DNA of 47,374 nt, from positions 1-47,374 of the forward strand of contig NZ_JBAUSA010000126.1 in NCBI RefSeq assembly GCF_049581465.1, written 5' to 3'. Within the stretch, counting starts at the first letter, position 1; each line of letters starts with the position of its first letter. The stretch is from Caballeronia sp. (lineage in GTDB: Bacteria; Pseudomonadota; Gammaproteobacteria; Burkholderiales; Burkholderiaceae). The notes below the pieces were generated by a model. It saw only the letters and a list, made by a program, of their open reading frames with translations, made no database searches and was not told the DNA's origin. The translations under genes and the position numbers were made by a program. Shown here one piece after another: positions 20,449 to 30,278 of this stretch.

Positions 20449-20898
20449 ATGAAAACCATTCTTGTGGTTTGCATCGGCAACATCTGCCGCAGCCCCATGG
20501 CGGCCGCGCTGCTCTCCCGCGCCCTGCCCGGCATGACGGTGCATTCCGCAGGTCTCGGCGCAATGATTGGCGCGCCTGCCGACCCGATTTCGACAGATCT
20601 CATGGCAGAAGCCGGCATGAACATCTCGGCACATCGCGCACAGCAAATCAAGACGCCGCTCATCACTCAGGCGGACCTGGTGTTCGTGATGGACCCGCAG
20701 CAAAAACAAGAGGTGCACCGGCGCTATCCGACGTCGGCGGGAAAAGTGTTCTGCCTGGGTGAACACGTCGGGGCCGATATCCCCGATCCCTATCGCCAAC
20801 CTCGATCTTCCTTTGAACACGCGCTCCGCCTGATCGAGCAGGGCGTCGACAGCTGGGTGCCCGCAATTCGGGCGCTATATAAACCGAATGTGGAGTAA
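20449..20898 (+). CDS. wzb: Low-molecular-weight protein tyrosine phosphatase
   Basis: P-loop CIGNICRS and DIPDPY motif. Confidence 0.95.
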   Translation: MKTILVVCIGNICRSPMAAALLSRALPGMTVHSAGLGAMIGAPADPISTDLMAEAGMNISAHRAQQIKTPLITQADLVFVMDPQQKQEVHRRYPTSAGKVFCLGEHVGADIPDPYRQPRSSFEHALRLIEQGVDSWVPAIRALYKPNVE

Positions 20899-20903
20899 TC
20901 CTG

Positions 20904-23141
20904 ATGAAAACTGAAACAACTAAATCCCTGGCCGATAGATCGCCGGTTGAAGAACTCGATCTGGTTCGCTACCTCGATGTACTGCTAGCCAACCGCCGCC
21001 TGGTCGGCATCATTACTGCCGCCGCGCTTGCTCTGGGCGCGGCATATGCCGTGTTCACGCCGCCCTTGTACGAAGCCGACATGCTGATTCAGGTCGAGGA
21101 CAACGGCATGAGCGCAAGCAGCATTCTTGGCGACGCTTCGTCGCTTTTCGACGTCAAGACGCAGGCCGCAGCCGAACTCGAAATCCTGCATTCCCGCATG
21201 GTGGTCGGCAAAGCGGTCGACGCCCTGCAACTTTACATTGATGCAAAACCGAAGTACTTCCCTTTCGTCGGGTCGTGGATCGCGGGCCGCAACAAGACCT
21301 TGTCGAATCCGGGACTCTTCGGGATGGGCGGTTACGCGTGGGGTGCGGAGTCACTGAAAATTGCGACCTTCGACGTTCCCAAGGCCATTGAAGGCGAAAC
21401 GCTGAAGCTGACAACGCTTGCCAACGGCGCTTTTCAACTCGACCACGGCGATTTCGATCAACCCATCCGAGGCCAGGTCGGTACGCCGTTGCAGGTCACG
21501 CAGGGCCTGGGTACGGTGCGCCTGCTGATCACTGAATTGCACGCTAAACCCGGCACAGCGTTCAGGCTCGTGCGCAATTCGCAGCCGAAGACGGTCCTCA
21601 AGCTGCAGGAGGATTTGACCATCGAGGCGAAGGGCAAGCAAAGCGGCATTATCGGCGCATCGCTGCGCGGTCGCGATCCTGAGCTGACAGCAACGATCGT
21701 GAACCAGATCGGCCAGGAATACGTGACGCAAAACGTGGAGCGCAAGACTGCGGAAGCGCAAAGCTCGCTATCTTATCTAGAGGGTCAATTACCCCGGTTG
21801 AAAGCCAACCTGAGTGTGTCGGAACAGCGTTACAACGACCTGCGCAACTCGCGTGGCACCTTTAACCTGAGCCAGGAAGGCACCGCGTTCCTGCAACAAA
21901 GTGTCGCTTCCGATACCGAGCTGGCTGACCTCAAGCAGAAGCAGGCGGAGTTGCTCACGCGCTTTGCGCCGGGACACCCCGTGCTGCGCGCGCTTGAAAA
22001 GCAAATTGCCGCTGCCAGCGCAAAAAGCGGAAGTATCGCGACCCGGATGAAGGCCTTGCCCGATCTCGAACAGAGTTCGCTGCGCCTCACGCGTGATCTC
22101 CAGGTAGCCAACGACACGTACATCAACGTCGTGAACAATGTGCAGCGGCTGCAGCTCGTGAAGGCCGGCAAGGTTGGAACGGTTCGTCAGATTGACTACG
22201 CCAATATTCCGGAAGAGCCGGTCAAGCCACGCAAAGCGATGGTGCTCGCGTTAGCTGCAATGATCGGCCTGATGCTGGGCGTCGTCGTCGCGTTTGTGCG
22301 CGACGGCCTGTTTGGCGGGCTCACCAACGCGCACGAGATCGAGCAGCACGCCGGGCTCAAGGTCTATAGCACGGTGCCGTTCTCGCCCGCACAAGTCACG
22401 CTCTCCAAGGCGATTTATGAACGTCAGGCCGGGACGCATTTGCTCGCGTCGATTGCTCCAAACGACGCGCCCGTCGAAAGCCTCCGTAGCTTTCGTACGG
22501 CACTGCAGTTCGCCATGCTGGGAGCGCCTAACAATCGCGTGCTCATGACTGGCGCAACCGAATCGATCGGCAAATCGTTCGTCTCGGCCAATCTCGCTGC
22601 GGTCCTGGGCGCCGCCGGCAAGCGCGTGCTGCTAGTCGATGCCGACCTGCGCAAGGGCTATTTGAACCAGTACTTCGGCTTGGCTCGCGCGTCCGGCCTG
22701 TCCGATTTGTTGATTGAAACGGCTTCCATAGAAGACGTGGTCCATCGCAACGTGGCACCAGGACTCGACTTCATCAGCACGGGCGCCTTGCCGCCTAACT
22801 CAGCGGACCTGTTGCAGAACGCGCGCATGGCTCGCCTGCTCGATTCGCTTAGCGAACTGTATGACCTTGTTATCGTCGACACCCCGCCGGTTTTAGCGGT
22901 ATCGGATACAGCGACCATTGCGGCGCATTGCGCGGCTGTGTTCCTGGTGGGCCGTTTCAAGCGCACGACCATCGGCGAATTGCTCGAAGCAACCAAGCAA
23001 CTGGAACAAGCAAACGTTGCGGTGAAGGGCGTGATCTTCAACGGTCTCGATGCAAAGGGACTTCGCTACGGCTCCAAGTACGGCCAGTATCGGTATGTCG
23101 CGTATGAATACGGCAAGACCAACAAGCGAGCTTCGAAATGA
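20904..23141 (+). CDS. wzc: Polysaccharide co-polymerase / BY-kinase
   Basis: Two TMs, ESLRSFRT, Walker A GATESIGKS, LLVDADLR, IVDTPP, C-terminal Tyr cluster RYGSKYGQYRYVAYEY. Confidence 0.95.
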   Translation: MKTETTKSLADRSPVEELDLVRYLDVLLANRRLVGIITAAALALGAAYAVFTPPLYEADMLIQVEDNGMSASSILGDASSLFDVKTQAAAELEILHSRMVVGKAVDALQLYIDAKPKYFPFVGSWIAGRNKTLSNPGLFGMGGYAWGAESLKIATFDVPKAIEGETLKLTTLANGAFQLDHGDFDQPIRGQVGTPLQVTQGLGTVRLLITELHAKPGTAFRLVRNSQPKTVLKLQEDLTIEAKGKQSGIIGASLRGRDPELTATIVNQIGQEYVTQNVERKTAEAQSSLSYLEGQLPRLKANLSVSEQRYNDLRNSRGTFNLSQEGTAFLQQSVASDTELADLKQKQAELLTRFAPGHPVLRALEKQIAAASAKSGSIATRMKALPDLEQSSLRLTRDLQVANDTYINVVNNVQRLQLVKAGKVGTVRQIDYANIPEEPVKPRKAMVLALAAMIGLMLGVVVAFVRDGLFGGLTNAHEIEQHAGLKVYSTVPFSPAQVTLSKAIYERQAGTHLLASIAPNDAPVESLRSFRTALQFAMLGAPNNRVLMTGATESIGKSFVSANLAAVLGAAGKRVLLVDADLRKGYLNQYFGLARASGLSDLLIETASIEDVVHRNVAPGLDFISTGALPPNSADLLQNARMARLLDSLSELYDLVIVDTPPVLAVSDTATIAAHCAAVFLVGRFKRTTIGELLEATKQLEQANVAVKGVIFNGLDAKGLRYGSKYGQYRYVAYEYGKTNKRASK

Positions 23142-24589
23142 GCGCCGCGCGCCTGACCGGCCCGCGCGACCGCACGTCGATACCGACCCTACTGCTTGCG
23201 GTAGTTGCTGTCCTGGCCGCGGTTGTCGGACTATTTCTCGGCAGGGTTAACGGCATAACCGCCATCCTCGCCGCGACCCTCGCGCTCAGCATCCTCGCGA
23301 TTCGCCCGCGCAATGAAGTGCTGCGCCTGTTCAAGATGTTCTTGCTGGTGACGTTTTGCGTTTTGCCGGTCTGGCAACTCGCGTCCGGCGACGAAATCTA
23401 TCTCAAGCTGCTACCGCAGGATAGCGCTGCCGTCATGCTGTGGTTCCTGCTGAGTATCGCCGGGATCTGGGTGCTAAAGCTTTCGCTCGATCTTGCCCAG
23501 CGCCGCCTCGGGGCGCGTGAATTCGACATGTCGAGCAAGGCCGGTGTCACCGTACTGGCGTATTTCTTCGCGCTGGCCTCGGTCGCTGCCATCGTCTTCA
23601 TCTACGTCAAGCTGGGTGGATACAGCCATATCGTGGAACTGTACGACGAGCGCCTTCAAAACAGCGTGACCGACTACGATCCGCTAGGGGGCCTCGGCGT
23701 GCTTCAGGCGTTGGCGAACACCGCACCGCTATGGATTTTTGTCTGCCTGACACTGCGCCCGCGCGCGAGCAAGCTGATGACGGCGCTCGCCTTCATTCAG
23801 CTTGGCGTGCTGGGCTGGCTATCGTCAGGCGTCTTCGGAAATCGGCAGGGCATCATTTTCGTTTTGATTTTTGCGACCCTGCTGTATCACTTCCTGATTA
23901 AGCCAGTCAGCTCACGCACCGGCAAGATCGCGGCGGTATTGGCGACGGTCATAGGGCTCGCGTTGATGCCGTTCAAGTTCGGCATCGACTACTCGGACCT
24001 GGGTGAAATAAGCGCGCGTTTTGCCGACCAGCGCGCGCTTGAACTCAGCATGGGTCCGGTCAGCTTCTTTCTGTTTCGCGACCTATCGCGTTTCGATGTG
24101 CAAACGCAAACCATCGAAACGGTAATGAAGACCTCATACGACCTGCCGATGGGCAGGAGTTTTGTCGGCGCCGCCGCCGCGATCGTGCCGAAGATGGCGT
24201 GGGACGACCGCCCGGCAACATTCGCTCAGGAGAAGAGCAACATTGTCAGCGATATCGGCCAGTCCACGGGCGACCAGACCACGCTCCTGTTTGGCATGCC
24301 CGGCGAATTCCTGGCGAATTTCGGCTTGTTCGGCTACGTGCTCGCGTTCTGTTTTCCAGCGTTGTTTCTAGTCGCAATCAATGTCCTGGGCAAACCTCAC
24401 CATCGCAAATGGCTGCCACTGAAGATCGTCTTAATACCGCTGCCATTTCTGTTCTTTCTATTCGATTCAAACGTCATGGCGTATTACGCCGTGCGCTGGA
24501 TCGTGTTGTTCGCTCTTCCGATGGCCTTCGTCCTGAGGTTTGTTGAAGACCGCAACGAAACCGTTGCCTCGGGAGGCACGTCGTCATGA
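23138..24589 (+). CDS. wzy: Probable polysaccharide polymerase (Wzy-like polytopic membrane protein)
   Basis: About 11-12 hydrophobic segments, GNRQG and GEFLANFGLFG motifs, large periplasmic loop, ATGA-coupled to wzc. Confidence 0.75.
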   Translation: MSAARLTGPRDRTSIPTLLLAVVAVLAAVVGLFLGRVNGITAILAATLALSILAIRPRNEVLRLFKMFLLVTFCVLPVWQLASGDEIYLKLLPQDSAAVMLWFLLSIAGIWVLKLSLDLAQRRLGAREFDMSSKAGVTVLAYFFALASVAAIVFIYVKLGGYSHIVELYDERLQNSVTDYDPLGGLGVLQALANTAPLWIFVCLTLRPRASKLMTALAFIQLGVLGWLSSGVFGNRQGIIFVLIFATLLYHFLIKPVSSRTGKIAAVLATVIGLALMPFKFGIDYSDLGEISARFADQRALELSMGPVSFFLFRDLSRFDVQTQTIETVMKTSYDLPMGRSFVGAAAAIVPKMAWDDRPATFAQEKSNIVSDIGQSTGDQTTLLFGMPGEFLANFGLFGYVLAFCFPALFLVAINVLGKPHHRKWLPLKIVLIPLPFLFFLFDSNVMAYYAVRWIVLFALPMAFVLRFVEDRNETVASGGTSS

Positions 24590-25653
24590 AAATCATCCAT
24601 GTAGTCGAAACCTGGACGGGCGGTATTGCAACTTATGTGAAAGCCCTGGCGGTCAAGCAACGCGACCTGGGTCACGACGTGACGCTTCTCTGCGACAACA
24701 GCCAGCTCGACGGCGACTTGCACATTGACGGCATCGCCGTGATCGATTATCGGTCGAGCCGTAATCCCGCGAAATTCTGGTCAATATCGCGACGCCTGCA
24801 ACGGTGTATCAAGTCGCTGTACGCCGATGTCGTCCATTGCCATAGTTCGTTTCCCGGCATGTATGTACGGCTGCAACGCCATCCCGGCGTCAGGATCATA
24901 TATACGCCGCACGCGTGGTCATTTCTCAAGACGGACGTGACTACGCCTGCCAAGTGGGCCTATGGTTGGATCGAGCGGTTTCTCGCGCAACGCTGCGACC
25001 AGATCGTGTGCATGTCGTTTGACGAACTGCGCGCGGCGCGCAAATATCGCATTCCAGCCGACAAGATCGAGTTCATCTATACCGGCATTGCCTCCTTCGA
25101 CGAGATCCAGGTTCCTATTCGAAACAATCTCTCCAATCAGATCAAAGTGGGTTACTTCGGACGCCTTGATTATCAAAAAGGCTTCGATGTGATTCTCGAA
25201 TCACTACCGCTACTTGATGAGCATCTAGTCGTTCATGCCTTCGGTGCATCGGTACGCGGGGGCATCGAAACTGCGAGCGAAACACGCAACGACCCGCGCA
25301 TCAGCTATCACGGATGGCTCGATGCAGCCGGAATCGGCCACGCCATGCAGGAGATGGATGTGATCGTGGTTCCGTCCCGCTGGGAAGGTCTCGCCCTCGT
25401 TCCGATCGAAGCAATGAGAGCAGGCAAGGTCGTCGTGGTTTCCGGCGAAAGCTCGCTGCCCGAACAGGTAATCCATGGCTACAACGGCATCATTCTCCGC
25501 GATCTGACGGGCAAGTGCCTGGCCGAAAACCTTAACCGGCTGACCCCGGATGAATGCCATCGAATGGGCAAAAACGCTCGTCACGTGTTTGAGGGCACCT
25601 TCCAGATCGACCGTTTTCTCACCACTTTAATGAGTTGCTATGAACGTGCCTGA
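24586..25653 (+). CDS. Glycosyltransferase family 4
   Basis: MKIIHVVE..GG, HCHSS, YTPH, GRLDYQKG, PSRWEGLALVPIEAM (EX7E). Confidence 0.92.
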   Translation: MKIIHVVETWTGGIATYVKALAVKQRDLGHDVTLLCDNSQLDGDLHIDGIAVIDYRSSRNPAKFWSISRRLQRCIKSLYADVVHCHSSFPGMYVRLQRHPGVRIIYTPHAWSFLKTDVTTPAKWAYGWIERFLAQRCDQIVCMSFDELRAARKYRIPADKIEFIYTGIASFDEIQVPIRNNLSNQIKVGYFGRLDYQKGFDVILESLPLLDEHLVVHAFGASVRGGIETASETRNDPRISYHGWLDAAGIGHAMQEMDVIVVPSRWEGLALVPIEAMRAGKVVVVSGESSLPEQVIHGYNGIILRDLTGKCLAENLNRLTPDECHRMGKNARHVFEGTFQIDRFLTTLMSCYERA

Positions 25654-26731
25654 GGTTTATTTACTGCATGCCTACAGCTCCCGCAATAGCGGCGACGGAC
25701 TCCTGGTGGAGTTGAGCCTCAAGGCAATCCGCGACGCGGGTGTTACCGGCAGGATCGTCGTGGTCTGCCTCGACAAAGTTTCGTTTGAAGGCTATCTGAG
25801 CGACACGAACATTGAGCTTATATCGGTAGGCCAGTTCTTCTTGCGCAAAGTGTGCGGCGCATTTGCACACCGCCGCTGCGTCTATTTTGGCGTCGGCGGG
25901 GGCTATCTTCGCGCATCGAGCAAATCGGAAGGCTGGAAGTCACTGGTTGCACACGGAAGCCAGATCCTCATGTCCACCGTCGGAGGGCCAAGTCGTCGCA
26001 TCTACCTTCCGCAAAGCGTCGGCCCCTTCGACACCGCTCCCGGACGAATGCTTGCACGACTCGTGCGCGGACACGTCGAACGGATCTTCCTGAGAGACGA
26101 CAAGAGCGTAGATGAACTCGGGCACCCAGGCGCCACGCGTACCGGCGACCTCGTTGTCCTTGAGATCGACCAGCATGCGCACAGCGGCACGCTCCGGCGT
26201 GCCAGGTGCGTTGCGCCCCAGGTATACCTGGTGTTTCGGGACCTGCAGGAAAAACCGTATCGCGAAGAGTACCTCACGCGCGTTCGGGCGCTAATGGGTC
26301 TCCTTCCAGAGGCAAAGCTCGCCGTTCAGTCGCGTGGCCGGGGCAATAGCGACGATGTCTTCTATCGAGACCTGCTTGGCATTGGCGACGCGGTATTGCT
26401 CAAAGACGTGCTAGCTGCAGGCAACGCAATCGTCGTGTCCGTGCGATTGCATGGCAGTCTCGAAAGCGTTCTTGCCGGTGTTCCGAGCGTGCACCTCGCG
26501 TACGAACGCAAGGGTCGCGCCGCGTATGCCGACCTGGGACTGGACGCGTTCGCGTTTCATGCGAGCGACTTCGATCCGCAAACCGTAGTGAGCGCAGTGC
26601 AATCGATCATCGCCGACGAAGAGCAATTCTGGAGGTGTCTCGAACGCCGTACGCAACAGGGTCATCAGCATTTTGTGGAGGCGATCAAAGATGAACTACG
26701 AACGTTCGATAACCCTGATCATGGACGGTAA
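25640..26731 (+). CDS. Polysaccharide pyruvyl transferase (WcaK/AmsJ-like)
   Basis: NSGDGLL, GGGY, PQSVGPF, FLRDDKS, SVRLHGS, AYERK motifs. Confidence 0.85.
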   Translation: MNVPEVYLLHAYSSRNSGDGLLVELSLKAIRDAGVTGRIVVVCLDKVSFEGYLSDTNIELISVGQFFLRKVCGAFAHRRCVYFGVGGGYLRASSKSEGWKSLVAHGSQILMSTVGGPSRRIYLPQSVGPFDTAPGRMLARLVRGHVERIFLRDDKSVDELGHPGATRTGDLVVLEIDQHAHSGTLRRARCVAPQVYLVFRDLQEKPYREEYLTRVRALMGLLPEAKLAVQSRGRGNSDDVFYRDLLGIGDAVLLKDVLAAGNAIVVSVRLHGSLESVLAGVPSVHLAYERKGRAAYADLGLDAFAFHASDFDPQTVVSAVQSIIADEEQFWRCLERRTQQGHQHFVEAIKDELRTFDNPDHGR

Positions 26732-27869
26732 CTTTCGGCGCACCGTTTCCGGCATTTCGAGTCCGCACATGGGCTACTCGCGCTTTGGCGCGCGTTTTGC
26801 CGATTGTTTCGACAAAGTGCTGATTGTCGCGCGATCGTTTCCGGCAGATGAGGCGATAGGAGAACCCGTCACGGGCGAGCGAGTGTCGTTCGCTGATCTC
26901 GGGTCCAATCGCGGGGCGCTCGCGCTTGTGTTGAGTCTTCCTCGCCTGGTTGTGGCGTTGTATCGGCAGATCGCGTCGCCGGCTATCTTGGTGATCAGGT
27001 TCCCCGGCAATATTGCGTCACTCGCCATGCTGCTTTGCCTCATTACAGGCAAACGCTTTTCGGCAGAAGTCGTAGCCGATCCAGCCGATTATTTTAGTGC
27101 GTCGGCATCAACGCATCCGCTGCGCCGACTCGCTGGCCTCATTCACTGTTGGGCTACGCGCACCGCCGCCCGCTGCGCCGTCACGGCACGCTACGTGACA
27201 ACCGCTTATTTGCAGCGCGCTTACCCCGGACGACACGCCGACGTCATGTTCGGCCTCAGCGACGTCTATCTCCAGGATACGCTGTATCAGGCGTCCCGCT
27301 TGATGCGCACCGACGACGGCCGCCTCACGGTCATCAACACGGCCATGATGCACAACCACAGCAAAGGTCACCTGGTCCTGCTGCAAGCAATGGCAGCGCT
27401 GCGCGAGCGCGGTGTCGCGATTCACCTGACGCTTGTCGGCGACGGCACATTACGTGCCCGGCTGGAAGCCGAGACGCGACGACTCAAGCTAGAGGACGCG
27501 GTGCACTTTGCCGGGCTGATGGACGCTGAACAGGTAGTCGAACACGTAGCAAGACATGATCTGTTCGTGCTGCCATCATTCCAGGAAGGAATGCCGCGCG
27601 CGATGCTGGAGGCGATGGCCGCGGGAACGCCCGTGGTCGCCTCGAACGTAGGCGGAATCCCCGAGGTGTTGATGGAAGACAGCATGGTTGAGCCGGGAGA
27701 CTCCGAAGCACTCGTCGCGCGCATCGAAGCATTGGCCAACGACAGGACACTGCTAGCCGAGCGCTCGCGGGTTCATCGGCAAGCCGCAGAGGCTTTTAGC
27801 TTTTCCGCGTTGCAAGTGCGCCATCGCGCCTATTGCGCCGCACTCGTCGAGGCCCATCGCAATGCGTAA
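26691..27869 (+). CDS. Glycosyltransferase family 4
   Basis: SKGHLVLL, VGDG, PSFQEGMPRAMLEAMAAGTPVVASNVGGIPE. Start moved to ATG 26691 behind GGAGG. Confidence 0.92.
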   Translation: MNYERSITLIMDGNFRRTVSGISSPHMGYSRFGARFADCFDKVLIVARSFPADEAIGEPVTGERVSFADLGSNRGALALVLSLPRLVVALYRQIASPAILVIRFPGNIASLAMLLCLITGKRFSAEVVADPADYFSASASTHPLRRLAGLIHCWATRTAARCAVTARYVTTAYLQRAYPGRHADVMFGLSDVYLQDTLYQASRLMRTDDGRLTVINTAMMHNHSKGHLVLLQAMAALRERGVAIHLTLVGDGTLRARLEAETRRLKLEDAVHFAGLMDAEQVVEHVARHDLFVLPSFQEGMPRAMLEAMAAGTPVVASNVGGIPEVLMEDSMVEPGDSEALVARIEALANDRTLLAERSRVHRQAAEAFSFSALQVRHRAYCAALVEAHRNA

Positions 27870-29127
27870 GGACTTGGTATATGTCATTGCCGGGTCGGCG
27901 TTGCCGGCCGTAGGCAACTTCATTGCGGTTGTGTTCGCACTTAGATACATCGATGCAACATTGCTCGGCCGTTCTTACGCGCTGCTTGCCTTGTTCTTCG
28001 TTGCCATTGACGCGTTCAACTTCGGTTCAGCGCGCCTTCTGAGTGTGACCTCGATTCGGGAGCGCTTTCCAAGCCTGCTGTTTCTGGATGGGTTGAGCGC
28101 GATCGGCTCGACCGTCCTGTTGGTTGCGGGCGCTGCCATCCTCTCCCGAAACGGAGCAGTTGCACTGCCCCATTTCATGCCGATGCTGCTCCTTGCGCCG
28201 ATCGGCTATGCGATGTCGCATTCGGCACTGGGCTATCTGCGTCTCAATAGCGGCAACGGCACTATCTGCGTCATTTCCACCATTTCCGCGTTGAGCCGAT
28301 GCGCAGTGATCGCGTGGGTCGTCACGAATCAAGCATTGTCAGCCTATCTTCCTGATCTGCTGCTCATGGTGGAAGGAATGTATGGGGCGATGCTTTTGAT
28401 CGCCTATCTGGCACTGCGCCGCCCGTTCGAGCGCAGCACGCCCAAGCATGTCGGCTTGAGCGCATTTCCCAATCTCGCCAGGCTCGGCGGCAAGGAATTG
28501 ATCAGCAGTTGGTATTCGAACGCGATCTTTTCTGGAGCAAAGCACGCCGACGTGATCGTCGCAGCGATGCTTCTCGGTCCGGCTGGCGCCGCGCTGTATC
28601 GTGGGGCCAAAAGCATTCATAACCTTGCCTTCAACCTGGGACAGGCGCTCGCACTCGTATTTCATTCGAAGATGCATGTCTGGCTTAGCAAGCTTACCGA
28701 GTCAAAACCCAGGATCTCGATGCCCCTCGCCATCCGTGCTGGCGGGCTTCTAACGGCTCTATTTGCCCTATTGGCAATCGCGGCAGTCTGCGCCTACAGG
28801 GTCAGGTTGTTTCCCACTGTCGCATTGGGCACGGCGTCGGTTCAGTGCCTCTTTCTCTTCTTGATCTTTGCCGGCGCCACGTTGATGTTCGCGTGCCGCA
28901 TGACCTCGCTGACCGTATTTTCGATCAGCAAGCGATCATTCGTCATGCTATCTACCATGGAAGTGGCGACCTCACTCGGCTTGCTTTCATGTCTTTGCGT
29001 TGTATATGGTGTGGTTGGTGCGGCGTTGTCGGTGGTGATCTCGTGCGCGTGCGTGCTGGGTCTATCGCTTGTCGTGGTACGGCGATCGGTCGATGCGCAC
29101 GGGGCAGGCGTCGGGACCGTGCTTTAG
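27862..29127 (+). CDS. wzx: Probable Wzx-type flippase
   Basis: About 12 TMs, DVIVAAMLLGPAGAALY motif typical of MOP/PST exporters, last gene of the EPS operon. Confidence 0.72.
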   Translation: MRKDLVYVIAGSALPAVGNFIAVVFALRYIDATLLGRSYALLALFFVAIDAFNFGSARLLSVTSIRERFPSLLFLDGLSAIGSTVLLVAGAAILSRNGAVALPHFMPMLLLAPIGYAMSHSALGYLRLNSGNGTICVISTISALSRCAVIAWVVTNQALSAYLPDLLLMVEGMYGAMLLIAYLALRRPFERSTPKHVGLSAFPNLARLGGKELISSWYSNAIFSGAKHADVIVAAMLLGPAGAALYRGAKSIHNLAFNLGQALALVFHSKMHVWLSKLTESKPRISMPLAIRAGGLLTALFALLAIAAVCAYRVRLFPTVALGTASVQCLFLFLIFAGATLMFACRMTSLTVFSISKRSFVMLSTMEVATSLGLLSCLCVVYGVVGAALSVVISCACVLGLSLVVVRRSVDAHGAGVGTVL

Positions 29128-29190
29128 CAGGTCATGCCAGCGCGCCCGGCGAAACACGCCTGCGCAAGCACCGCCACGCGGGTAATGCCG

Positions 29191-29631
29191 TCAGTCCGAC
29201 ACCATCGCATGCAGCGCGGACGTCGCGCGCCATGCATCGAAATCGGCGCGCCGCCAGTCGAGCTCGACGCCCACGCGCCGCGTTCCTTCGCGAATCTTCG
29301 GCTTGTATAGAAGCAACGTCACGGCGTCGAGCGCGGGCCATTGTGCGAACGAGATTGCCGCGATCTCGACCGCCAGCATTTCAAGCAAGCGCGTGTGCGG
29401 CTTCGTCTCGAGATAAGCTGAAATTCGCCCGCACCAGCTCTCGTAGTCGATTAACTCGTGCGTGGCTTCCTCGCCCGGTACACCGCGGTAATGAAGACTC
29501 GCGTCGATAGCAACGGGCTGAGGCGCGAGATACTCGTGCGCATGCAAGCCGATGCGCGTCGACACGACCAGTTCATCAACCACGATGCGCCAGCCGCGCC
29601 CGCCTGGCGCTAACGGTTCAAACGGTTTCAC
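29191..29631 (-). CDS. folB: Dihydroneopterin aldolase (FolB family)
   Basis: IGLHAHE..PQPV.ID, IDYE, LLEMLA and YKP motifs; GTGA-coupled to soxG. Confidence 0.8.
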   Translation of the reverse strand: MKPFEPLAPGGRGWRIVVDELVVSTRIGLHAHEYLAPQPVAIDASLHYRGVPGEEATHELIDYESWCGRISAYLETKPHTRLLEMLAVEIAAISFAQWPALDAVTLLLYKPKIREGTRRVGVELDWRRADFDAWRATSALHAMVSD

Positions 29632-30278
29632 GACATCAGCGGCTCGGCCGCGTCAAGCATCATCTTCACAAAGTAGTCCGCAAAGCTGCGGCGGATTACC
29701 AGATCGTAGTTGTCTTCACCCGTCGGCAGCAACGTCAGGGGGGCCTTGAAGTAGTGGCTCTGCGCGCATTGGCCGACGCCGAACAGACGCGGATGCAAGT
29801 CGAGCGGGCAACCGCGGCTCAGCACGTCACGCGCGCGGGGCCCACTGATTTCCAGCACCGTATAGCCGCTGCCGATATCCACAGCCGCTGCATACAAGCC
29901 TTTGAACGCGTCGCGCAGCTTGCCTTCGAGCGGCGCGGTCTGCGTGGCCGAATGCGCGATCGCCGAGCGCGCGAGCCATTCATCGGGACCCAGCCAGAGA
30001 AGGTCGTAACCCTTGCCCGTTGCCGCCGTATTGGGCGCCTCCGGCGGCTTGCAGCCAACCACGTTTTCCACCGCGCTGATGAACGCCGAATCACGAAGAT
30101 CGCCGCGTACGTTCACGAGTTCGAGAAACGGCCGCTCGACCATGCGAAACGCCTTCGACGCGCTCGCCTGATGCTTCTTCAGCAAGCCCTCGACACCCAC
30201 CAGTGGCGACTCCTGCCACACGCCGTGCCCGATCGTACGGTCCACGACTGCCTGATTGCTGCCCGTTTCATTCCACAT
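29628..30278 (-). CDS. soxG: Sarcosine oxidase gamma subunit
   Basis: LWLGPDEWL, GCPLDLHP, CAQS, RRSFADY. Confidence 0.93.
   Translation of the reverse strand: MWNETGSNQAVVDRTIGHGVWQESPLVGVEGLLKKHQASASKAFRMVERPFLELVNVRGDLRDSAFISAVENVVGCKPPEAPNTAATGKGYDLLWLGPDEWLARSAIAHSATQTAPLEGKLRDAFKGLYAAAVDIGSGYTVLEISGPRARDVLSRGCPLDLHPRLFGVGQCAQSHYFKAPLTLLPTGEDNYDLVIRRSFADYFVKMMLDAAEPLMS

Noticed and set aside
17131..29190. EPS block as a defined mobile element
   Set aside because: No integrase, transposase, tRNA, att site or target duplication found at either end
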